This document shows positions 25,501 through 37,500 of a stretch of DNA of 64,000 bases, piece after piece. Every line of letters starts with the position of its first letter. Within the stretch, counting starts at the first letter, position 1. The stretch comes from Okamejei kenojei (lineage: Eukaryota). Position numbers and translations under genes: made by a program. The notes beneath the pieces are model-generated. The model was not told the origin of the DNA. It worked only from the letters and a program-made list of their open reading frames with translations, and made no database searches. Location of the stretch: positions 13,578,001 to 13,642,000 of the forward strand of contig CM069155.1 in NCBI GenBank assembly GCA_035221665.1. Reading direction: 5' to 3'.

Positions 25501-28500
25501 ATGTGACCAGACAACTGTAAAATAAGTTAGGTTGTATACCAAATGATAACAACTTAAAGTTAAGATTAAAAATGAATGTACGTCTGAACCAAATCATTGC
25601 TAGGGGAACGCCAGTAAAGACCATGGATTTTGGACAGATTCTTTCTTCTGTAGTACACAGGTTTGAAGAAGAGTCTCGTCCCGAAACATCACTCATTCCT
25701 GACTATCTTCGGTGGAAATCAGCATCTGCAGTTCCTTCCTTCACTTTAACAAATCTGTTCTTTGCAGGGCATCGCTAATTGGATACTAGTACACCTCATC
25801 TTGGGCTTGCCCAAAAAAACTAGGGATAATTTACTGATCCTTGATAACATAGAACAATCAAAACCATAATTATGCACATCTGCACTTAATGGAAGCAAAC
25901 CACTGGTTGCCAGCTAGACTTCAGCTCACATTTGTTCATCTTAATTACCTTGGAAGAGATTGGTCTGTTTTTTGAAGTGAAGGTGGTATTTTATCTTCAA
26001 GAATATTATTGATTACTTTTTCTGTGTCATAATTGTATTCTTCCAAACATTCAAGGATGAAGCCTTCCCCAAGGTGTGGTAAAATATCCCTCACTTGAGA
26101 AATTAAAGATTCCAGTTCTATTCCTGTTATCTTTGCTGCAGCTGCACCTGCACCCTACGTGTAAAAACAAAATAGAAAAATGCAATTTTAATTTCTACAA
26201 GTTAATTTTTTTATATCTGAATCTAAAGTACATGAGCATTTACTAAAGCCAAACTAAATTTGATTTTACTGGGCCTTGTTGTCACTGAAATTAAAATTAG
26301 ATTAAGATTTACACTTATTGCAATTTAGATGTTATTAAAAATGTAGGTACTATGTCAATTATTATTACAAATTCATAAACACAAATGTATAATGGAAACT
26401 AGCTATGTAAACTAGCAGTTGCACTCCTGCAACAGCAATGCAGACTCTGGCAGGACAGTGAATCACAGCAGCAGTCATCCATTAAAAATAAAGTAAATTA
26501 AAGAAATGAAGGGAATGTCTGTCATAGAGTCAGTCGCACAGCGTGGAAACAGGCCAGAGGGAATTAGATGGTGAAATAGAGAGATATAGAACAAATGAAT
26601 TAAAGATATGCAAAGGGCAATGATGACCAAGGAAAGGTAGAGCCCACAATGGTCTGCTGTTGGCTGTGGGTAGGTGACAACGAATTAGACAGTGAACTCA
26701 ACAGGTCGACAGTAAAACTAGTATGATGACTAGGGTGGGGGAGGGACAGAGAGAGAGGAGATCCATGGTTTACTTGTAGTTTGAGAAATCAATATTCATA
26801 CCACTGGATTGTAAGCTGTCCAAGCGAAATATGAGATGCTGTTCCTCCAATTTGCATTTGGCCTCACTCGGACATGGAGGACTGACTGCCAGGACAGAGC
26901 GGTCAGTATAGGAAGGGGAGGAGGAGTTAAAGTGTTTGGCAACCGGGAGATTACATAGGCCAAGGTGAGTTGAGCAAATGTGTTCAACAAAACGATCACC
27001 CAGTCTGCGCTTGGTCTTGCCGATATACAGTCGTCCACACCTGGAACAGCGGATGCAGTAGATGAGGTTGGAGGAAGTGCAAGTGAACCTCTGCCTCACC
27101 TGAAAAGACTGTCGGGGCCTTGGACCGAGGGAGGAGGTATAGAGACAGGTGTTGCATCTCCTGTGGTTGCAGGGGAAGGGGTTGGGGACGGGGTTGTTTG
27201 GGTGGGAAGGGATGAGTTAATCAGTGAGTTGCGAAGGGAATGATCTCTGCGGAAAGTCGAAAGGGGTGGAGATGGAAAGATGTGACTAGTGGTGGGATCC
27301 CGTTTTAGCTGGCGAAAATGTCGGAGGATTAGGTATTTTATGCAACGGCTGAAGGGGTGAAAGGTGAGGACTAGGGGAATCTCTCCCTGTTGCGACTGAG
27401 GGGAAGGGAAGTAAGAGCAGAGCTGCTGGATACCAAGGAGACATGTGCGAGGACTACTTCTATGACAGAAGAGGTTCCTTATGGAATGGGGACATCCCGG
27501 ATGTCCTGGTATGGAACATTTGATCTTGGGCGCAGACATGGCATAGACAGAGGAATTGGGAGTAGGGGATAGATTCTTGGCAAGAAGTAGGGTGGGAAGA
27601 AATGTAGACTAGATAGTTGGAGCCAGTAGGTTTATAATAGATGTCAGTCGATATTATATCTGCTGTGATGGAGACATTGATTTCTAGAAAGGAGAGGGAG
27701 GTGTCGGAGATGGTCCATGTGAATTTTAGAGTGCAGGATGGAAATTGGTAGTGAAGTTAATGAAGTCCATGAGTTCTGCATGGCTGCAGGAAGTGGCCCC
27801 GATGCAGTCGGCAATATAGCGGTGATAGAAATGCTGCATGACCCGCTGAGTTACTCCAGCATTTTGTGTCCATCTAACAATTAAACGCACTGGACTCCCT
27901 TTTGATCTGACTCTTTGTTATCGAATAACAATGCAATACTATATTCAGAACGGTGCTAAGTTTTTCTTTTCAGCTAATTCTCAATTCGTAGATCATATTC
28001 TACCAGTTGCTTTCCTTCTCTAGTTAGCACAGATGGTCCTAAAATAAATTCATACAGCCATCAAGAGAATGTAAAACTGACTCCATTTGGAACTCACATA
28101 TTCATCAGTTTCATGTTCTGGCTGTCTAAGGTCTTGGTCTATTTCACCATTAACAGCCGAAACTTGAGAGGCAGCAGATTTACTAGAATTTTGAGAATTT
28201 CCAGTGGAAAAGGTAGGTTTAATCCTGCTACAAGCTTCCCAGGCACTGTCAACGGCTTTGATGATGTAAGACGTCCTGGTTTCATCACTGTGATTTTTGT
28301 TAAGACAAATCAAACTGCAAACTGACATGCATTTTACATTATGTTTAAGAAAGAATTGCAAATGCTGGAAAAATCAAAGGTAGACAAAAATGCTGGAGAA
28401 ACTCAGCGAGTGAGGCAGCATCTATGGAGCGAAGGAATAGGTGACGTTTCGGGTCGAGACCCTTCTTCAGACTGATGTGGGGATGGGGGGGGGGCGGGAA

Positions 28501-31500
28501 GAAGAAAGGAAGAGGCGGAGACAGCAGGTTGTGGGAGAGCTGGGGAGGGGAGGGGAAGGAGGGAAAAAGCAAGGACTACCTGAAATTATTGAAGTCATTG
28601 TTCATACACCTGGGGTGTAAACTGTTCAAACAAAATATCAGGTGCTGCTCCTCCAATTTGCAGTGGAACTCACTCTGGCCATGGAGGAGGCCCAGGACAG
28701 AAAGGTCGGATTCGGAATGGGAGGGGGAGTTTAAGTGCTTAGCCACCGGGGGATCAGATTGGTTAATGCGAACTGAGGGGCGGTGTTAGGCGAAGCAATA
28801 GCCAAGCCTGTGCTTGGTCTCACCGCTGTAGAGCACCTGACACCTAGAACAGCGGATCCAATAGATGAGGTTTGAGGAGGTGCAGGTGAACCTCTGCCTC
28901 ACCTAGAAAGACTGCTTGGGTCCTTGGATGGAGTTGAGGGGGGAGGTAAAGCGACAAGTGTAGCATTTCCTGCGGTTGCAAGGGAAAGTTCCAGGGGAGG
29001 GGGTGGTTTGTGTGGGAACAGACAAATTAATCCGGGTACAGATGCGACGTAGACGGAGGGCCACGCCTCTGCGCATCCGTCCACGCATCTGCACCCAGGA
29101 TGTTGCGTTCCAACCAGGGCATCAGAGATGTCCTCATTCTTTAGGGAACGGGGGTTCTCCTCTTTGACTATAGATGAGGCTCTCACCAGAGTCTCCTCTA
29201 TATCCCGTAGCTCCTCTCTCACTCCCCATCCCCACCCCCACTTGTAACAAGGGCAGAGTCCCCCTTGTCCTCACCTTCCACTCCACCAGCCGTTACATAC
29301 AACAAATAATCCTCCTACATTTTCGCCACCTCCAACGGGATCCCATCACTGGCCACATCTTCCCATCTCCTCCCCTTTCTGCTTTTAGCAGAGACCGCTG
29401 CCTCCGTAACCCCCTGGTCAATTCGTCCCTTCCCAACCAAACCACCCCCTCTCCGGGCACTTTCCCTTGCAACCGCAGGAAATGCTACACGTCGTTTTCC
29501 CTCCCCCCTCGACTCCATCCAAGGACCTAAGCAGTCTTTCCAGGTGAGGCAGAGGTTCACCTGCACCTCCTCCAACCTCATTTATTGCATCCGTTGTTCT
29601 AGGTGTCAAATGCTCTACATCGGTGAGACCAAGTGTAGGCTTGGCGATCGCTTTGCCCAACACCTCCGCTCAGTTTGCAGTAACCAACCTGATCTCCCGG
29701 TGGCTCACCCCTTCAACTCCCCCTCCCATTCCGAATTTGATCTTTCTGTTCTGTGCCTCCTCCATGACCAGAGTCTCACCATAAATTGGAGGAGCAGCAC
29801 CTCATATTTTGCTTGGGCAGTTTACACCCCAGCAGTATGAACATTGACTTCTCCAATTTCAGGTAGTCATTGCTTTCTCCCTCCTTACCCTTTCCAGCTC
29901 TCCCACAACCTACAGCGTCCGCCTCTTCTTGTCATCTTCCCGCCTCCCCCACCCCCACATCAGTCTGAAGGGTCTCGACCCGAAACATCACCTATTCCTT
30001 CGCTCCATAGATGCTGCCTCACCCGCTGAGTTTCTCCAGCATTTTTGTCTACCTTGCATCTTAGACACTTTCAATGGGATTCCATTGCATGCAGAAATTG
30101 TTAATCGTTTAGAAAACTGAAGATTTAAAGCTGTACATGCTAATTTTCCCCCAACTGTTTGTCAAGGGTTATAGGAACTCTACAGATACAAATTCAATTC
30201 TGTTGCTTCCCCCACCCACTCCAATAGTAAATTTACCTTCTGTTAAGATAATTCATACACCTCCATTACTACTAACTTAACGACAGCACTCTTAACTACA
30301 TTAGTATTTTATCTTTCACTGCGCAACATAGCTCACAGATATAGATTTTTTCTAGCAAATACCATGACATGTGTTCCTAAAAAAATGCCCAAGGAATAAA
30401 AAGTTTTTTTTAAGTTAACACTATTTCCTTGTTTCCCCATGGATGTTAAAATCCAACTGTGCTTCCAACTGCAGTAAATATGCAAGACAATGGGAACATT
30501 CAGTCAGTTAACTTTGGTTTGTTGGGCAGACCTAGTGGAGACCCTAGCTAATGAAAGGCTTGCATGAGAGCTCAGATAACAAAAGATAAAATCAACTTAT
30601 CCCTTCAAAATGCATTAGCTATTTATGTTAAGCCTTAATCAGGGTAAAATTCACCCAGTTAGTCATGTCATTGTTCAAAAATACATGATTATTCTTTAGT
30701 TAGCATTCTCTAGAATGTTGATTTGTACACACAACCTTAAAGTGCTGGATGTTAAAGGGCTTATGAATCAGATTATGTTGCATACAAATAGCTTCTTATC
30801 TGAATTTAAATCATATTTTACCCAGTGGATGCACTCAAAGATGACAATTCTCAATTACATTATGTTGGAAGCCTATTCTGTACCTTTAAGTCACTCAGCA
30901 CCAAAATAAGTTCAATCATAAATGTAATGAGAGGAAAGTAATATTTAGAATTGCTCTGCTAAAGACTATTAAAACATTAGAGATTATTGGCAATTCTCAA
31001 AAATAGATTATCTAATTTAGAGGTCCATAAAGGAACATGCTCTTTGTCATTGTTATCAGTCTTGCTAAGAAATGATGATAAAGTTTGTTTCCAACCAGTT
31101 GTCATTTAAGCAGCTTGATATGAAGAGTAAAGGATACAGTGCAGGAAATGCCTGTTGTAAAAGGCTGATATCATCAGCCACTGGAAACTGCTCATCATAG
31201 TCTGTCAGAAATCTGTGCAAACAATGATAACATTTGAAGTTGCAACACAATCAAACATTGCAGACATAGAGACATGAGAAACTACAGATGGTGGAATCTT
31301 AGACAAGAAACAAACAGCAGGAGGAACACAACGGTTCAGGCAGCATCTGTGGAGAGAATGGACATAAATTTCATATTTCTATTCCATCAGTCTGAAAAAT
31401 GATTTCAACCCGAAAAGTGGTCTGTCCATTCTCACCACAGATGTTGCCTGACCTGCTGAACTCATCTGGCACTGTGTTTGTGCCTACTTTATTGCTTGCA

Positions 31501-34500
31501 TGTATACGTTCTGATTCATATAACGGGGATGCTGTTTCTCCCCTTGCTGTTTCTCGCTGCTGATTTTAGTATAATTCACAATACTAAAAATAAATAACTG
31601 ACCTGAATCATTTGGTACACTTTGGAATGTGCAGCTATTATCAATATCAGAACACTTTTACAAGAATTTCTGCAAATATACTTTTTTGAGCAAAAGTAAC
31701 AATAACTTTTTCAATGCAAGTGTATTTTTCAATCATGTTGAAATAATCTAGGTCAGTTGCCAATGGTGTTCACTGGTCTGCAAAATTGTCGGATTTCTTC
31801 CAGTCAAGAACAGGTCAGATATACACTTCATTACAGCTCAGTCATTAATCATCTTAGGCATAAATCAATAGTATAAAAATAGCCTTGCAACATCTTTCTT
31901 CCCTTCTCTTGCAACCAAAAACACAGTTAAGGTTGTACTGTGTAAACTATGTTAGGCAATAAAATAACTTTTCCAAAGGAACAGACAGGGACATCCAAGA
32001 CCTTCACCTGGAGCCTGTGCTTAAATGCTGCCTGGCATTACATTACAACTGACAATACATTTAAGGGTTCCACTAAGGCAGGTTCTATTTTCTTCCAAAT
32101 TAAGATTGCACCTTAAACAACTGCTTTTGAAGCTTTAAGATATGTGATAATCTAAATTACTTTAAAATATCATTAGGTCAGAATGCTTTCATATTTTAAA
32201 CCTTCTAGAGTCTGACTACTCACTTACCTCTTTTGGTGTAGGAGAGCTGTAAAGATTTGAAGGAAATCTTCTATAAAAGTCAGACTATGCTCAGAGCTAC
32301 GCAAAAGGAAAAACAAATTTGTCAAGGAACATCAATAAATTATCGAGAGTACTGTTTGACATTTCTAAATGTAATTTCACGCAAGTTTCCTCAAACTAAA
32401 CAATTTTATTTCATAATTCAAGTACAGTGTCACTTCAAAATTTAAATTATAAATTATATAATTACACAATTAGAGCAGTATCCTTTCAAATTCAAAAAGC
32501 TGAAGGGTGATTATTTCAGTTTTTTTAAATGTTTACAGAGATCTGATAAGGTAGAGAATCAGATGTAAACTTAAAATTTACATTTGTAGTTCCACGCTTA
32601 TGGAAAATAGAAAAAAGTATTAACTGCAAGACGTATATATTTAACTGAAATATACTCAATTGTCTATTCTCAAATATGTTCCCACTGATTATTTGCTGTC
32701 CCTCTGAAATCTCTAAAGTCTATATAGATTATCATCTTGAGTTCATTGAATTGAATACATTTTATTAACCAAATATGTATACATACAAGGAATTTGCCTT
32801 GTTGCTTAGCTCACAACTAACACGAATTACAGTAGGCAATTAAAAATAAAACATTATAATTTAAACATGTGAAGAATGAACTAAAATACCAGAACAAATG
32901 GAGGCTACAGACTTTTGGTTATTAAGTAGAGCTACTGCTCGTGGAAAAAAAATGTTTTTATGTCTGGCTGTGGCGGCTTTGACAATCTGGAGTCACCTTC
33001 CAGAGGGAAGTGCTTCAAAGAGTCTGTGGCCAGGGTGAGAGGGGTCAGAGATGATCTTACCCACTCTCTTCCTGACCCTTGCAATGTATAGTTCGTCGAT
33101 GGGGGGGGAAGGTTGCAGCCACCAACCTTCTCAGCTGATCGAATGATGCGCTGCAGCCTCCGGATGTCGTGCTTGGTGGCTGAGCCAAACCAGACCATGA
33201 TGGAGAAGGTGAGGACAGACTCTATGATGACCGTATGAAACTGGACCATCATTGCCTGTGGCAGATTATGTTTTCTCAGCTGCCGCAGGTAGCGCATGCT
33301 CCACTGTTGGGCCTTTTTGACTGTGGAGTCGATGGTGGCCTCCCTATTTAAGGTCCCTGAAGATCACCTAAATGACTCCACAGATTTGACTGTGGTGTTG
33401 TTGATGGTGAGTAGGGAGAGGGGAGGGGAACCTCTCCTAAAGTCTCCAATCAATTCCACCATCTTAAGAGCATTGAGCTCCAGGTTGTTGCAATGGCACC
33501 AGGACGCCAGCTGTGACACTTCTAGTCTGTAGGCAGATTCCTCCCCATCCTGGATCAGTCCAATCAGGGTTGTGTCGTCCGCAAACTTGAGAAGCTTGAC
33601 AGAGGAGTCTGTGGAGGTGCAGTCGTTGGTGGAGAGTAAAGGAGAGAGCAGACTATGCAGCATTACGGTGCTCCTATACTGGGGGTCTGAGCTTCTGAGA
33701 TGTGCTTTCTCAGCCTCCAATGCTGCTTCCTGTCCGTCAGAAAGTTAATGATCCACTGACAAGGCGTTCAGGCACAGTCAACTGCGAGAGTTTGGAGTGT
33801 AGTAGTTCTGGCACAATGGTGTTGAATGCAGTGCTAAAATCCACAAACAAAATCCTTGCATAGGTTCCCTAGCTGTCGAGGTGCTGGAGGATGAAGTGCA
33901 GGCCTAGGTTGACTGCGACTGTTCTATTGGCCCGGTATGCAAAACTGCAGGGGGTCCAGCAGGGGGTTTGTGATATTTTTCAGGTGGGCCAGCACAAGTC
34001 TTTCAAGGGTCTTCATGATTAGATTTCATCATCATTTCTTTGGAAATAATACAGTATGTGCTTTCCCTCTCTCTCTGTTCTCTGGTTAGTTTCACTGTCC
34101 GGCTGATTAATTTTACTGATTACATGCCTCGTTGTCACCTTCGCCTCAGCCAACAATTTCTTTGACCACATTTCTTTGACCATCGTCTGCTTTGATCTGT
34201 CATTTTCACACCTTACCCTTCAGGATCTCTAGTCTCCCTCTCCTCTGACTCATAGTTGAGGGTCTTGATCCAAAACATCAACCAGTCCTTCTTTCCAGTG
34301 ATGCTGCCTGACCCGCTGGTCTAACAAGACAACACATATCTTCTGCAGTTTTGCCTCAACAAAATATGATGCATTTGACACTCAAACCAATGCATAATAA
34401 CTAAAACAAATAGCCCTGACCATTGTCCAGTGAACCTTGCAAGAAATTGGAACCTTGCAAGAAAATATTCTTCAACATCTTTCAACTTGAAAAGCACACT

Positions 34501-37500
34501 TGTCATTTTCTTAACTGTGAATGACCACAACAAGCTTTCTAAAAATATAATTAAATTATATGTAAATTAAAATATAAATTAAATTAGATTTGCTGCTTCC
34601 ACACCCATTTTCTAGTATAGGTTGAAGGCACTTGAAATTAATGATGTGATGAAACGTTTCAATAATTTTCTTCCTCGAGTGTGAAAGTCGCCTCCACAAA
34701 TCATTTTGCAATCTGGAGAAAAAGTAAAAAAAATCAAATGTTAACACTTTGGGAAATGAGGGGAATGGAAAGAGCATGGAAATGGCAGGGAGAGCAGGAT
34801 GGGTAATAAAATGATCTGAACTTGAATCAATTCTTCCTTTATACAATAAATCTGGACTACTATATCTAGGTTTCTATGACATGGTTGATAACAATATTTT
34901 CAATAATCTAAGAGTCTAAAAGTGTGGGTCAGTATACTAGTCTTAAGCACAAGGAGGCCACTGAAAAAGAAATGCGTATTTTCCTATTTCTCTGATTATA
35001 TCCTCTCTGTGAAGATGAATGCTGTTCCTGTGTGATTTAGATTCATTTAAAAAAACACTTCACAAATTGCTGCTACTCTTTATTCTTCGTAAATTAGCTG
35101 GCTATGTTGTGCTGGAAGTAAAAAATATTCAGACTTGGCAGCAGGGATGTTTGTTGGATAAGGGCTAAAGCAGGCTATTAGTGCGTAGTGGAAGTGGTTA
35201 GTACCTAAATAAATGTAGTATACTTGATCTGCATGTGTCTGCGCAACAGGATATTCCACTAGTCAGTACCATCTCTAATGTAAAATTAATCAAACCTTTA
35301 AACTTTAGAGATACAGCGCGGAAACAGGCCCTTCAGCCCACACCGACCAAAGGTCACCCCTTACACTAGCACTATCCCACACACTAGGGAAAATTTTCTT
35401 TTTTTTTTTACAGAAGCCAATTAACCTACAAATCTGCACGTCTTCGGAGTGTGAGAGAAAACCGGAGCACCCGGAGAAAACCCACACAGTCACAGGGAGA
35501 ACGTATAAACTCCGCATAGATAGCAGTCAGGATCGAGCCCGGGTCTCTGGCGCTGTAAGGCAGCAACTCTACCACTGCACCACCAAGAGAAAAGCAAATA
35601 AAATGAAATAACCAATTTACAGTCAAACCGATCAATACTGTAAGTTTACTTGGCGAATAGTAATAATCTATCACAGACATCTGATTAACATAAAATAAGG
35701 ATCAAAACATAATGTGCCCATAGTTACAGTGGCTTGCAAAAGTATTCATACCCCTTGAACTTTTCCACATTTTGTCACGTTACAACCACAAACGTAAATG
35801 TATTTTATTAGGATTTTATGTGATAGACCAACGCAAAGTGGCGCATAATTGTGAAGTAGAAGGAAAATGATACATTGTTTTCAAATCTTTTTACAAATAA
35901 AATATTGAAAAGTGTGGCATGCAAAAGTATTCAGCCCCCTTTACTCTGATTCCCCTAAATAAAATCCAGTGCAATCAATTGCCTTCAGAAGTCACCTAAT
36001 TAGAAAATAGAGTCCACTTGTGTGTAATCTAATCTCAGTATCAATACAGCTGTTCTGTGAAGGCCTCAGAGGTTTTTTAGAAAACATTAGTGAACAAACA
36101 ATGTTCCTTGGGCATCATGAAGCCCAAGGAACACACCAGACAGGTCAGGGATAAAGTTGTGGAGATGTTTAAAGCAGGGTTAGGTTATTAAAAAATATCC
36201 CAAGCTTTGAACATCTCATGGAGCACTGTTCAATCCATCATCCGAAAATGGAAAGAGTATGGCATAACTGCAAACCTACCAAGACATGGCCGTCCACCAA
36301 AACTGACAGGCCGGGCCAGGAGAGCATTGATCAGAGAAGCAGCCAAGAGGCCCATGGTAACTCTGGAGGAGCTGCAGAGATCCACAGCTCAGGTGGGAGA
36401 TTCTGTCCACAGGACAACTATTAGTCGTGCACTCCACAAATCGGGGGTTTATGGAAGAGTGGCAAGAAGAAAGCCATTGTTGAAACAAAGCCATAAGAAG
36501 TCCCGTTTGCAGTTTGCCACAAGCCATGTGGGGGACACAGCAAACATGTGGAGGAAGGTGCTCTGGTCTGATGAGACCAACATTGAAGTTTTTGGCATAA
36601 ATGCAAAACGCTATGTGTGGTGGAAAACTAACAGTGCACATCACCCCGAACACACTATCCCCACTGTGAAACATGGTGGTGGCAGCATCATGCTGTGGGG
36701 ATGCTTTTCTTTAGCAGGGACAGTGCTGGTCAGAGTTGATGGGAAGATGGATGGAGCCAAATACAGGGCAATCTTGGAAGAAAACCTGTTAGAGTCTGCA
36801 AAAGACTTGAGACTGGGGCGGAGGTTCACCTTCCAGCAGGACAACAACCCTAAACATACAGCCAGAGCTACAATGGAATGGTTTAGATCAAAGCATATTC
36901 ATGTGTTAGAATGGCCCAGTCAAAGTCCAGACCTAAATGCAATTGAGAATCTCTGGCAAGACTTGAAAATTGCTGTTCACAGACGCTCTCCATCCAATCC
37001 GACAGAGCTTGAGCTATTTTGCAAAGAAGAATGGGCAAAAATTTCAATCTCTAGATGTGCAAAGCTGGTAGAGACATACCCCAAAAGACTTACAGCTGTA
37101 ATTGCAGCGAAAGGTGGTTCTACAAAGTATTGACTCAGGGGGGCTGAATACTTTTGCACGCCACACTTTTCAGTTTTTTATTTGTAATAAAATTTGGAAA
37201 CCATGTATCATTTTCCTTCCACTTCACAATTATGCACCACTTTGTGTTGGTCTATCACATAAAATCCCAATAAAATACATTTGCGTTTGTGGTTGTAACG
37301 TGACAAAATGTGGTAAAGTTCAAGGGGTATGAATACCTTTGCAAGCCACTGTATATGTTGAAGTTGAACATCAAATTTTAGTTCACACTTCCAGCAGTAA
37401 TTCAAGTCACCAACAGTTCTCTTAGCCAAGTAAGACGGATATTTCTTTCAGATTGTGAGAGTAAAATATCCAGCCTGTTGATATAAATTTGGCACCGAAT

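Larger units (their letters stand above)
28288..31137 (-). other. U12-type (minor spliceosome) GT-AG intron of ASCC2
   Basis: 5' splice site GTATCCTTT; branch-site-like TGTCTTAAC at 28307-28299, ending 11 nt before the exon; no polypyrimidine tract. Confidence 0.88.
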
